Assembly (NCBI GenBank): GCA_049472355.1
Contig: JBLIRP010000063.1
Span: 1-24,490, forward strand
Length of the DNA: 24,490 nucleotides
From: a bacterium
GTDB taxonomy: Bacteria > SZUA-182 > DTGQ01 > JAFGSM01
Direction of reading: 5' to 3'
The position numbers and the translations under genes are program-made. Numbering within the stretch: position 1 is the first letter of the stretch; the number at the start of each line of letters is the position of its first letter. The notes beneath the pieces were generated by a model. It saw only the letters and a list, made by a program, of their open reading frames with translations. It searched no databases and was not told where the DNA came from. Below, piece after piece: positions 10,777-20,108 of the stretch.

Positions 10777-12516
10777 ATGGATGATCGGGTGCTCCTGGCA
10801 ATCTTTTTATCGATACTCATCATTATAACCTATCAGTACTTTTTCATGCCAAGGCCGGTCGTTCAAAAGAAGCCTTTAGGGGAGAAAGAGGAAATCGTCA
10901 TCGAAGAAAAGGGGCTTGGGGACAGCGAATTTCAGGACGAGGGATTGAACGGTCTTATAGAGATCCAGAAGGCGCGAAAACAGGAGAATGTACGAATAGA
11001 AACGGGGAAATATATTGCCGAGGTTACGAATAACGGCGGATGTTTGAAGAGCTGGAAATTAAAGGAGTATACGCAGGAAAAACGCTATGAAACCTGGCCG
11101 TTGAAAAAGGCCTTCTGGATACAGGTGCTTCAATCGTATAAACGTGTACTGGGTTTGAAACATGATGACGTAGAAAATGAAGTACGGGGGCTTGTTGAGC
11201 TTATACCGGAAAATGACAAGGGGATAAAAACGCTCCCGCTCGATATTACGTTGATTTCGGAGATCGGAGGCAAGGAGGTTTTTGGAGAAGGGTTCTACGA
11301 AATAAGGACCGATGAATACATCGATGCGAACAAGGGGATACAACCCTCAGTAATACTGTCATATCTGGATGATCGAGGGATTCTCATAGGGAAGGAGATC
11401 AGATTTTTTGAAAATGAATATAAGCTTGGCATCGATATAACCATGAAAAATATTTCCGGAAGGGATCAGGCGGTGGATTATGCCCTATGCTGGGGACCCG
11501 GCATTGGCAGAAATATGGAGCAGGAAGGACATCACCGTTTTGAGGGGCCTGTTTTTTGGATAAACGGGAAGAAGGTGCGGATAAAGCCCAAGAAGATAAA
11601 GGAGCCGGTTATAAAGGAGGGAAGTCTGGAATGGGTGGGGTATGAAAAGACGTACTTTGGCGCTGCGATCATCCCCGAAAACACGAGTGCCGAGGCGGTC
11701 GTATTCAGGAGGGGGGCCGCGGAGGGGGAAGAGGACGCGATCATCGTCGGGGCGAAGTATCCTCTAAGGGTTATAACGGCCGGCGGCCAGATCAGGGATT
11801 CATACGAGGTGTATATCGGCCCCAAGCGAAAGGAGGATTTGATTGGCGTCGCCGGGCATTTTGTGGAGATCATCGATTATGGATGGTTTTCCTTCCTGGC
11901 AAAACCGCTCATATGGTTTTTAAAGTGGGTGTATCGATACATTCCGAATTACGGAATCGCTATAGTTCTCTTGACGATCATCATTAAGATACTTTTTTGG
12001 CCGTTGACCGAAAAGAGCTTCGGCTCCATGCAGGCAATGCAGAAGATCCAGCCGAAAATGGCCGCGCTCAGGGAGAAGTACAAGGGTGATCCGACCAGAA
12101 TGAACAAGGAGATAATGGATCTGTACAAAAAGCATGGGGTGAATCCCCTCGGGGGATGCCTTCCCATGATTTTACAGATACCGGTGTTTTTCGCCCTGTA
12201 CGAGGGACTTCTTGTTGCGATAGAGATGCGGGGCGCACCATTCTTCTTGTGGATACAAGACCTTTCGGCGATGGATCCCCTTTTGATTACCCCGGTGTTG
12301 ATGGGAATAACCATGTACATGCAGCAAAAAATGATGCCCACGGGAATGGATCCCAAGCAGGCGAAAATGATGAATCTCATGCCCATCATATTCACGGTTT
12401 TCTTCCTCGGCTTCCCCTCCGGATTGGTCATTTATTGGTTATTGAACAACGTCCTCACCATTGGCCATCAGTATCTGATTCATAAAAGGACGCTACAGGC
12501 AAGCGAGGCATGTTAG
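10777..12516 (+). CDS. yidC: Membrane protein insertase YidC
   Basis: N-terminal TM segment, periplasmic domain, IDYGWF, NYGIAIVLLT, GVNPLGGCLP, WIQDLS and PSGLVIYW. Confidence 0.97.
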   Translation: MDDRVLLAIFLSILIIITYQYFFMPRPVVQKKPLGEKEEIVIEEKGLGDSEFQDEGLNGLIEIQKARKQENVRIETGKYIAEVTNNGGCLKSWKLKEYTQEKRYETWPLKKAFWIQVLQSYKRVLGLKHDDVENEVRGLVELIPENDKGIKTLPLDITLISEIGGKEVFGEGFYEIRTDEYIDANKGIQPSVILSYLDDRGILIGKEIRFFENEYKLGIDITMKNISGRDQAVDYALCWGPGIGRNMEQEGHHRFEGPVFWINGKKVRIKPKKIKEPVIKEGSLEWVGYEKTYFGAAIIPENTSAEAVVFRRGAAEGEEDAIIVGAKYPLRVITAGGQIRDSYEVYIGPKRKEDLIGVAGHFVEIIDYGWFSFLAKPLIWFLKWVYRYIPNYGIAIVLLTIIIKILFWPLTEKSFGSMQAMQKIQPKMAALREKYKGDPTRMNKEIMDLYKKHGVNPLGGCLPMILQIPVFFALYEGLLVAIEMRGAPFFLWIQDLSAMDPLLITPVLMGITMYMQQKMMPTGMDPKQAKMMNLMPIIFTVFFLGFPSGLVIYWLLNNVLTIGHQYLIHKRTLQASEAC

Positions 12517-13889
12517 ACGATACCATCGTTGCCATCTCAACCCCTCTCGGAGAATCGGGCATCGGCATTGTCAGAATGAGCGGAAGGGACTGTCTTAGGA
12601 TCGCCGATCGCATGTTTTCCCGGGGAGATGCCCGCGGGGTATTCGATTTTTCCGACCATAGCATTAATCATGGATGGATTATGGATCCGGGCAGCGGCCA
12701 GGTTGTAGACGAAGTGCTTATAAGCATTTTGAAGGCGCCGAAGACCTACACCAGGGAGGATATGGTTGAAATCAATTGCCATGGAGGCATGATCGCGGTG
12801 AGCCGCACGATGGATCTTGCAATACGTTTAGGCGCGCGTCCGGCCCTGCCCGGAGAGTTCACCAAGAGGGCCTTTCTTAATGGAAGAATCGATCTGGCGC
12901 AGGCGGAGGCAGTGCTCGATATTATTAGTGCCCAAAGCGAAGAAGGACTTTCATATGCACTAAGGCGGCTGAGGGGGTCGATTCGGGATGCCACGACAGG
13001 AATCAGGCAAGGGCTGGTAAGGATTCAATCCCATGTGGAGGCGGGAATCGATTTCGAGGATCAGATGCGCCCTGACACCGGTTCGATCCTGGAGGAAATC
13101 GATTCATTAGCAAAGGGGATACGGGCGCTCATTGAGGGGTACGAATCCATGCGGCAACGGGAGCGAGGCATACGGATCGTGATCTGCGGCAGAACAAACG
13201 TGGGAAAATCCACCCTCCTGAATGCCGTATATGGCGATGACCGGATCATCACCTCCACTATTCCCGGAACGACGAGGGATTCCGTTCAGGTGGAGATCAT
13301 CATGGACGGGATGATTTTTCATGTGGTGGATACCGCGGGGATACGGCAAGGAAGGGGCGCCCTGGATGAATTATGCGCGGGAAAGACGCGGGAGGAAATC
13401 GAGCGGTCGGATCTTATCATTGTTGTTTTCGATATATCACGAAGGCTGAGTAAGGATGATGAACGGGTGGTGCGAATGCTGGGAGACAGGAGGGGGGATA
13501 TTCTCTGGGTGGGGAACAAGAAGGACCTTCCTCGCGCAATCAATATGAAGGCACTGAAGACGCTGATTTCCAATGAGACACTTATTGAGGTCTCCGCAAA
13601 GGAGGCAAAGGGCTTGGATCTACTGGTCAATGAAATAAAACGGAGAAAAGAGAAGATGCACGGGTCCGTGTATGAGGGTATAATGATCAACAAACGAATC
13701 AATGGACACCTCATGCGCATCGGTGAAGTACTTGACCGGGTTGGGGATCTTTACACAGAGGGGATCGGAGAGGAAATCATTGCGGAGGAATTGCGCTGTG
13801 CGGTTCAAGAACTCGATAATATCGAGGGAAGGGGTTCGTGTGACGAGGTGATCGAGTCGATTTTCAGCCAATTTTGCATTGGAAAATAA
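12510..13889 (+). CDS. mnmE: tRNA modification GTPase MnmE/TrmE (divergent)
   Basis: DTIVAISTP, TYTREDMVEINCHGG, GEFTKRAFLNGRIDLAQAE, GRTNVGKS, PGTTRD, DTAG, NKKD and C-terminal FCIGK. Confidence 0.95.
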   Translation: MLDDTIVAISTPLGESGIGIVRMSGRDCLRIADRMFSRGDARGVFDFSDHSINHGWIMDPGSGQVVDEVLISILKAPKTYTREDMVEINCHGGMIAVSRTMDLAIRLGARPALPGEFTKRAFLNGRIDLAQAEAVLDIISAQSEEGLSYALRRLRGSIRDATTGIRQGLVRIQSHVEAGIDFEDQMRPDTGSILEEIDSLAKGIRALIEGYESMRQRERGIRIVICGRTNVGKSTLLNAVYGDDRIITSTIPGTTRDSVQVEIIMDGMIFHVVDTAGIRQGRGALDELCAGKTREEIERSDLIIVVFDISRRLSKDDERVVRMLGDRRGDILWVGNKKDLPRAINMKALKTLISNETLIEVSAKEAKGLDLLVNEIKRRKEKMHGSVYEGIMINKRINGHLMRIGEVLDRVGDLYTEGIGEEIIAEELRCAVQELDNIEGRGSCDEVIESIFSQFCIGK

Positions 13890-13993
13890 TGCCCTTAGTG
13901 AATCGGTCGTCATAGATAAAATTAATCGGACAAGGGATGCGGTGCGGTGCTTGAAAATAGAGTAGGAAGTTAATAGAATGATGGGAAATCAGC

Positions 13994-14009
13994 CGTTTCA
14001 CGTGAAACC
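13994..14009. promoter_or_regulatory. parS centromere site
   Basis: cGTTTCACGTGAAACc: a 14-bp perfect palindromic core and a 14/16 match to TGTTTCACGTGAAACA, 23 bp upstream of parA. Confidence 0.9.
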
Positions 14010-14032
14010 TGTATTCAAGGGCATCTAGAGGC

Positions 14033-14821
14033 ATGCACGGACGAGTAATCACCATTTCGAATCAGAAGGGCGGGGTGGGCAAGACCACAACCGCGGTAAA
14101 CCTTGCCTCCTGCCTTGCCGCAGCCGAGAAAAAGACCCTGCTTATCGATATAGATCCCCAATCCAATGCATGCAGCGGCCTGGGCTTTAAGGCCGCAAAC
14201 GGTGACAAACATATCTATGAGGTGCTCCTTGAGATTGAACCGGTTGAAAATGTCATCAACCGTACACAGATCGATTGGCTTGATCTGCTCCCGTCGAATA
14301 TTCGCCTTATCGGCGCTGAAATCGAATTGATCAATTTCCCCGAGCGGGAATACCGCCTCAAGATCGCCCTCGAGCGTATTCGTCACAACTATGACTATAT
14401 CATTGTCGATTGCCCCCCCTCGCTTGGCCTTCTCACGGTAAACTCGTTGACCGCCTCAGATACGCTCCTGATACCGATACAATGTGAGTACTACGCATTG
14501 GAGGGTATTTCTCAGCTACTCAGGACCGTTGAATATATCAAAAAGGAACTTAACAGGGATCTCGTGGTTGAAGGGGTACTCCTGACCATGTTCGATGGCA
14601 GAACGAACCTGGCCAATCAGGTAGCTGATGAGATCAATAATCATTTTCAGCACCTTGTTTTCAAGACCGTCATTCCCCGGAATGTGAGCCTGAGTGAGGC
14701 GCCGAGCTACGGAAAGCCTATTATACTCTATGACATTCGTTCCAAGGGTGCTGAGGCATACCTTAAACTCGCTCATGAGGTGATATTCGATGGCCCGAAA
14801 GGCACTCGGAAAGGGGCTTGA
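14033..14821 (+). CDS. parA: Chromosome partitioning ATPase ParA/Soj
   Basis: NQKGGVGKTTTAVNLA, IDIDPQSN, DCPPSLG, PIQCEYYALEG and LSEAPSYG. Confidence 0.97.
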   Translation: MHGRVITISNQKGGVGKTTTAVNLASCLAAAEKKTLLIDIDPQSNACSGLGFKAANGDKHIYEVLLEIEPVENVINRTQIDWLDLLPSNIRLIGAEIELINFPEREYRLKIALERIRHNYDYIIVDCPPSLGLLTVNSLTASDTLLIPIQCEYYALEGISQLLRTVEYIKKELNRDLVVEGVLLTMFDGRTNLANQVADEINNHFQHLVFKTVIPRNVSLSEAPSYGKPIILYDIRSKGAEAYLKLAHEVIFDGPKGTRKGA

Positions 14822-15659
14822 GGCCCTTTTCCCAACCTATCAGGAGAAGACAAACGAAGAGATCCACGAAGTACCGGTGAGTGATATCTTCCCCAATCGT
14901 CAGCAGCCCCGCCAAAAATTCGATGATACCAAGCTCGAAGAGCTCGCAGCCTCCATAAAATCCCACGGGGTGATCCAGCCCATCTTCCTCAAGCGCCACG
15001 TACACGGATATGAAATCGTGGCGGGGGAGCGGCGATGGCGCGCGGCAAAGCTGGCGGGTCTCCAGAAGGTTCCCGCCATTGTCCGCGATGTATCCGACGA
15101 CAAAAAGCTGGAGATCGCCCTTATTGAAAATATTCAGCGGGAAAATCTCAATCCTATAGAGGAAGGCCAGGCATACAAGCTCCTGATAGAGCAATTTCAA
15201 TACACGCAACAGGACCTCGGCGAAAAGGTCGGCAAGGATCGCTCCACGATCGCGAATGCGATGAGGCTTCTGAAGCTGCCGAACAATATCAAGGAATTCA
15301 TTGCGGACGGGCTCCTTTCCATGGGACATGCACGCTCTATCCTCGGTATCGAAAACGACGAGGAAAAGGTTCTCATCGGGGAGAAGATCATACAGAAGGG
15401 CATGTCGGTGAGGGAAACCGAGGCGCTGATACGACGATTGACCCGGGAGCGTGAAAAAAAGGCGGACGAGGCAGCGCTCAAACAGGCCGATTCGGGAATC
15501 CCCGCCCTGGAAGAGCACCTATCGCGTATCCTTGGAACAAGGATTCGAATATTCCAAAGAAAGGGGAAGGGCAGAATAGAGATTAGATTCTCTTCCCACG
15601 AGGAATTTGAAAGGATTCTCGATCAGTTAAATTCCGTCCGGAATGCCGATAGTAAATAA
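14790..15659 (+). CDS. parB: Chromosome partitioning protein ParB/Spo0J
   Basis: KALGKGLEAL, QPR, GERRWRA (CTP motif), ENIQRENLNPIEE and HTH GKDRSTIAN. Overlaps parA. Confidence 0.97.
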   Translation: MARKALGKGLEALFPTYQEKTNEEIHEVPVSDIFPNRQQPRQKFDDTKLEELAASIKSHGVIQPIFLKRHVHGYEIVAGERRWRAAKLAGLQKVPAIVRDVSDDKKLEIALIENIQRENLNPIEEGQAYKLLIEQFQYTQQDLGEKVGKDRSTIANAMRLLKLPNNIKEFIADGLLSMGHARSILGIENDEEKVLIGEKIIQKGMSVRETEALIRRLTREREKKADEAALKQADSGIPALEEHLSRILGTRIRIFQRKGKGRIEIRFSSHEEFERILDQLNSVRNADSK

Positions 15660-15764
15660 GAGAAGGGTTGATCCGAGAGAATCGATCCGGAAGAATTGCA
15701 GAGAGCCAGCAGAGAATGCTACGCATCACAAGGAATACATTATCCTAAGCGAGGGGGGTGTTCA

Positions 15765-16184
15765 GTGTCGAAAAAGGACAGAAGGGATGAAAAGGTCGAA
15801 TTTTCCGGCTTTATGGGTGAGGGGACAAACTTTAAGGGAATCCTCGGGTTTAATGGCACCTTTCGAATCGACAGCGAATTCGAGGGGGAGATCGTTACCA
15901 GCGATACCCTGATAATTGGTGAAAGCGCCGTGATATCAGCGGAGATCACCGTGGGGACGATATACATAAGCGGGAAGGTGATCGGAAATATAACCGCAAA
16001 GGAGCGCGTGGAGATCAATTCCTCAGGCGAGGTTTACGGTAATATAAAGACCCCCATTCTCGTCATTGATGAGGGAGTCATCTTTGAAGGGAATTGCTCG
16101 ATGAAAAAAGAGGAAGAAAAGGAAAGGGAAAGGGAAAAGGAAAAGATAAAGGAGAAGAAACTGGCCGCCGTACCCAGTGCATGA
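15765..16184 (+). CDS. Bactofilin (polymer-forming cytoskeletal protein)
   Basis: GEGTNFKG, LIIGESAVI, ISGKVIGNI, EVYGNI and IDEGVIFEGNCSM form the beta-helix signature. GTG start at 15765 follows a GAGGGGGG RBS; the ORF track begins at 15696. Confidence 0.9.
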   Translation: MSKKDRRDEKVEFSGFMGEGTNFKGILGFNGTFRIDSEFEGEIVTSDTLIIGESAVISAEITVGTIYISGKVIGNITAKERVEINSSGEVYGNIKTPILVIDEGVIFEGNCSMKKEEEKEREREKEKIKEKKLAAVPSA

Positions 16185-16193
16185 GGATACACT

Positions 16194-16904
16194 TCATCCC
16201 TTTCCTTCAAAATCCCACTTTCCAGCTATCTCCGCGCACTCCTCGGAATATTCCCCAGCCCTCTTATATATATACAGTGGCGGGAGTATTCTGAGTCCGG
16301 GCCTGCCATTCCTGGCCGCCTTCATCAAAACAAGATTCGCCTCGGCATCAGGACGTGGATGGACGGTTCTCACCATCTTCGGCTCCAGTTTAAAACGCCT
16401 GCACGTGTCAATGAGATCGGACATTCGATGCGCGGCATATATGGTATAGAAATACCCCCCTGAGCGTACGGCCGCGGAGCCTGCCCGAATAAAATCACCC
16501 AGCCCGCCCTTCAGTTCGTGCCGCGCCGAAGCCCGCTCCGGGTGAGGATTGATCCTTCCGCTCCCTATGGAATGGTAGGGAGGGTTGGAGACTGCGATAT
16601 CACACGATCCGGCAGGAAAAAGGCGCTCGATGTCTCGGATGTCGCCGTGAATGAAACGGATATTGTCCAGCCGGGCATTCCTCTTCAGATTTTCCTCTGC
16701 TATCCTGACCAGATCGTATTGGATCTCTATGCCGAAGATGCGGGAATCGGGATGAATCCGGGCAAGGAGAAAGGAAACAATCCCGCATCCCGAGCCTATG
16801 TCGAGAATCGTGGCGTTTTTGGGGATCGTGCAGAAATCCGCAAGAAGAAAGGCATCAATAGAGTATCGATAACCGTCTGATGATTGATCTAATCTAAGGG
16901 GCAT
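16194..16904 (-). CDS. SAM-dependent methyltransferase, tRNA1(Val) A37 N6-methyltransferase (YfiC/YabB-like)
   Basis: GYRYSIDAFLLADF, LDIGSGCG, SNPPY and ARHE. Confidence 0.88.
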   Translation of the reverse strand: MPLRLDQSSDGYRYSIDAFLLADFCTIPKNATILDIGSGCGIVSFLLARIHPDSRIFGIEIQYDLVRIAEENLKRNARLDNIRFIHGDIRDIERLFPAGSCDIAVSNPPYHSIGSGRINPHPERASARHELKGGLGDFIRAGSAAVRSGGYFYTIYAAHRMSDLIDTCRRFKLEPKMVRTVHPRPDAEANLVLMKAARNGRPGLRILPPLYIYKRAGEYSEECAEIAGKWDFEGKG

Positions 16905-16911
16905 GGATGGG

Positions 16912-17661
16912 TCAGGATATCCCTAATTCCTTAATCTTTTTTCGAAGGGTGTTTCTGTTAATGCCGAGAAATCGCGCAGCCTTTGATTGATTCATCCCTG
17001 TGTGGTCGAGGGCGGTTTTGATAATGGTCTTTTCCATCTCGTCGGATATTCGCTGGAATATATTATGGTCGGAAATACATTGGGAACAAAGGCTGGTGCT
17101 GATCTCCTGAATACGCCATTCGAGGAGCCTCTTCACGGAAATTACCAGGTCGCCCCTGGACCGAGGGGTCTTTTTCTGGATGCCCGAGCGAGACATGATG
17201 TAATGGTTGCCGATACAGGCCGCGGTGACATAGACACCGATCAAATCGGCGAGAGCATCATCAATCACAGAGAGGGTGGCGTCGTTGAATAGAATCAGCA
17301 TCCCGAACGATCTGAAATCGCAGCGCATTGGTATAACATATGCCTCCAGGGAGGCATCGAAAAGGAGGCGGTTTGATTCCTTATGGGGCGTGGCATCGCT
17401 TTCAAAGATGTCATCGGAGAGTTTTGAAACCCGTTCCTTTGCGCATGCCCCGCCCCCATTCGAACAATGGGTGAGGGAGATGACCCCTCCGTAAGGACAT
17501 TCGTAGCGCACCGCGCAGGCAACAAGGGAAAGCCCCGTGGTTATTGCATCCAGTATCCTGGCAAAATATTTTTCTATGGTAGGAATGAGATAATATGACC
17601 CGGTTATCTGCACGAGTACGTCGTTAAAGGGGGGAATGGAAGTTCCGCCTGGTTTTATCAT
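16912..17661 (-). CDS. Putative regulator: C-terminal Fis-type HTH with an uncharacterised Cys-rich N-terminal domain
   Basis: The C-terminus [38 protein letters not shown] is a typical Fis/NtrC HTH. No GAFTGA or Walker motifs. Packed with 5-7 nt gaps between co-oriented genes. Confidence 0.75.
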   Translation of the reverse strand: MIKPGGTSIPPFNDVLVQITGSYYLIPTIEKYFARILDAITTGLSLVACAVRYECPYGGVISLTHCSNGGGACAKERVSKLSDDIFESDATPHKESNRLLFDASLEAYVIPMRCDFRSFGMLILFNDATLSVIDDALADLIGVYVTAACIGNHYIMSRSGIQKKTPRSRGDLVISVKRLLEWRIQEISTSLCSQCISDHNIFQRISDEMEKTIIKTALDHTGMNQSKAARFLGINRNTLRKKIKELGIS

Positions 17662-17666
17662 AGGTG

Positions 17667-18260
17667 CTAATCCCTTGTAATAAAGGCTTCCTTGTTTTCC
17701 CGTGTGAGGACCCGTTCAAGCACCTGGGCGGCGTCCGATCTGGTTTTGAAATGACCTATACGCACGCGGTGGTAAATGCCGTTGGAGCCCAGGTCGATAG
17801 TGGATTGATACGCGGGGTATCCTTTATCCTTAAGCTGCGCAACCATGCGTTCCGATATGTCTCGTGATTTGAATGAAAATACCTGAATAGTGTAGCCGCC
17901 GGACCCCGCTGGATCATCAAGGTCCCTGACCTGCGGCTTCTGCGCGTTGTCCTCCCCCGTTTCCCTGGGAAGCCCCCTTGCCGTGGAGCCGGGCGGCTCC
18001 ATTTCCTTGCGACCGGCTCGTTCCCTCGCAGCCCCTTTGAGGTCATAAAAGAAGGTAAGGTCTCCCCCTACGGTTTCGGGTTTGGCAGGATTTTTTCGCT
18101 TCATGCCGGATTGCCTGCCGGGCATATAGAGATTTTGCGCATAGTGAAGTCCCACCGCACACCCCAGCCCGAAGACCACGACGTATCCAAGGATGATGAT
18201 CGTGGCCCGTATCCAGGAAATCCGGCTGAATTGTAATCTTCTCGGGACGTTTTCCCCCAT
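17667..18260 (-). CDS. SPOR-domain membrane protein (FtsN/DamX-like)
   Basis: N-terminal TM segment, LTFFYDL motif, linker, and SPOR domain YTIQVFSF...LKDKGYPAY...YHRVRIGHF. Directly downstream of argS. Confidence 0.85.
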   Translation of the reverse strand: MGENVPRRLQFSRISWIRATIIILGYVVVFGLGCAVGLHYAQNLYMPGRQSGMKRKNPAKPETVGGDLTFFYDLKGAARERAGRKEMEPPGSTARGLPRETGEDNAQKPQVRDLDDPAGSGGYTIQVFSFKSRDISERMVAQLKDKGYPAYQSTIDLGSNGIYHRVRIGHFKTRSDAAQVLERVLTRENKEAFITRD

Positions 18261-18267
18261 GCGTGCC

Positions 18268-19932
18268 CTACATTGTTTCAGGTGCCGAAACGCCCAAAAG
18301 CGCCAGGCAGTTTCGTATGACGATCTTCACCGCCTCGATAAGCTGCATACGTGCCAGGGTGAGCTGCCTATTCCGGCTGACCACCCTATGGGCATTATAA
18401 TACTTATGGAATAGCGTTGAAAGCTCCAAGAGGTAGAAGGTTATTCTATGAGGCTCCAATGCCTGCACGGCATTGATCAGGAGATAGGGAAACGCATCCA
18501 GTTTTTTGATGATCTCCCTTTCTTCCTCCAGCCGCAGCAGGGAGAAATCGGCATCAGCGCCGGAGAGGGGGATTCCCTTGTCCTCAGCCTTTTTTTCGAT
18601 GCTGCAGATGCGCGCATGAGCGTATTGGCAGTAGAATACGGGATTTTTAGCGGAGTGCTCCTTGGCAAGGTCCAGATCGAAATCAAGGTGGCTGTCATGT
18701 CTTCTGAGAAGGAAAAAGAATCGGGCCGCATCCCTGCCCACCTCCTTAACCACCTCCTCAAGGGTGGTAAAGGTCCCCTGCCTGGTTGACATATCGATCT
18801 GTGTGCCGTTTCGTATCAATTTTACCATCTGCACCAGCAGGGCGGAGAATGAATCCTTGGGATGATCCAATGCCTTCAGCACGGCCTTTATCCTGTCGAC
18901 GTAGCCGTGATGGTCAGCGCCCCAGATGTCGATGGTCCGATCGAATCCGCGTTCATACTTATCCTGATGATAGGCGATATCCGAGGCAAAATAGGTGGGT
19001 TCGCCGTTTGAGCGAATGATGACCCGGTCCTTCTGATCGCCGAGACAGGAGGCCTTCATCCACTGGGCGCCGTCCTGGTCGTAAATAAAGCCCCGCTTTC
19101 TCAGAAGCTCGATGGTGGCGGCGACCTTGCCGCTGTCGTAGAGTGACTGTTCGCTGAACCATCGGTCAAAAACGATGCCGAAGGCCTGCAAGTCATCCTT
19201 GATCATTTGAAGTATGCTGTCAGCGGCCATGCGGGTCAGGGTGGTGACGGCCTCTTTTTCAGGCCGGCGCACATAGATGTCCCCTTCCCTCCGGTAGATC
19301 TCCTCGGCGATCTCCTTGATGTAATCACCCTTGTAACCATCCTCGGGAAACGGCGCGTTCGGGTCGAATTGCTGCATGTACCGTGACAGAATGGATTTTC
19401 CCAATAGATCCATCTGCCTGCCGGCATCGTTTATGTAGTACTCCCTTTCCACATCGTACCCGGCGATTGCAAGGAGGTTGGACAGGACGTCTCCGAAGGC
19501 GGCACATCGTCCATGTCCGATATGCAGGGGCCCGGTGGGGTTTGCGCTCACGAATTCGACCAGTGCCCTTTTGCCCCGGCCGATCGTGCAGCGACCGTAA
19601 GCATCCCCCTGCGTGAGGACCATCCGAATGATACCGTGCCAATACCGGTCGGATAAGGTGAAGTTAATGAAACCGGGGGCAGCAACGGACATACGGTCGA
19701 TCAACCCGCAATCCGTTCGAATCCCTTCCACGATTGTGCGCGCAATCTCAATGGGCCTTCGGCCAAGGATGCGCGCCAGCGGAAAGGCCACGTTGGATGC
19801 AAGATCACCGTGCTCAGGGCTCTTTGTGGGCTCCAGGCCCATAGGAAGATCAGCCGCATCGAGCGTCTTCCCGTGCGCGCTGACAACCTCTTGCACCGCC
19901 CGCGTTAATTCGATAATAAGTACGTCCCTCAT
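18268..19932 (-). CDS. argS: Arginyl-tRNA synthetase
   Basis: HGDLASN, EFVSANPTGPLHIGHGR, REYYINDAGRQ, YFASDIAYH, WGADHHGY, MSTRQG, QYAHARI and LGVSAPETM. Confidence 0.98.
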   Translation of the reverse strand: MRDVLIIELTRAVQEVVSAHGKTLDAADLPMGLEPTKSPEHGDLASNVAFPLARILGRRPIEIARTIVEGIRTDCGLIDRMSVAAPGFINFTLSDRYWHGIIRMVLTQGDAYGRCTIGRGKRALVEFVSANPTGPLHIGHGRCAAFGDVLSNLLAIAGYDVEREYYINDAGRQMDLLGKSILSRYMQQFDPNAPFPEDGYKGDYIKEIAEEIYRREGDIYVRRPEKEAVTTLTRMAADSILQMIKDDLQAFGIVFDRWFSEQSLYDSGKVAATIELLRKRGFIYDQDGAQWMKASCLGDQKDRVIIRSNGEPTYFASDIAYHQDKYERGFDRTIDIWGADHHGYVDRIKAVLKALDHPKDSFSALLVQMVKLIRNGTQIDMSTRQGTFTTLEEVVKEVGRDAARFFFLLRRHDSHLDFDLDLAKEHSAKNPVFYCQYAHARICSIEKKAEDKGIPLSGADADFSLLRLEEEREIIKKLDAFPYLLINAVQALEPHRITFYLLELSTLFHKYYNAHRVVSRNRQLTLARMQLIEAVKIVIRNCLALLGVSAPETM

Positions 19933-20108
19933 ATATGTTCCTCAAAAAGTGTACGTTTTATATCCCTGTGCCGCAGGCGCTTCATACCCTATCAGGAATC
20001 GCGCGGAACAAGGGATGACTTCATATTTTGTTCCTGATGGTCTTTATTGGGCATTGTCAATGCCATAACGATCCTGTTGAGGGTGCCGTGAACGGCATAG
20101 TGCTGCGT

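Noticed and set aside
20032..20060. TTGACA as the -35 box of an argS promoter
   Set aside because: No acceptable -10 hexamer at 16-18 bp spacing.
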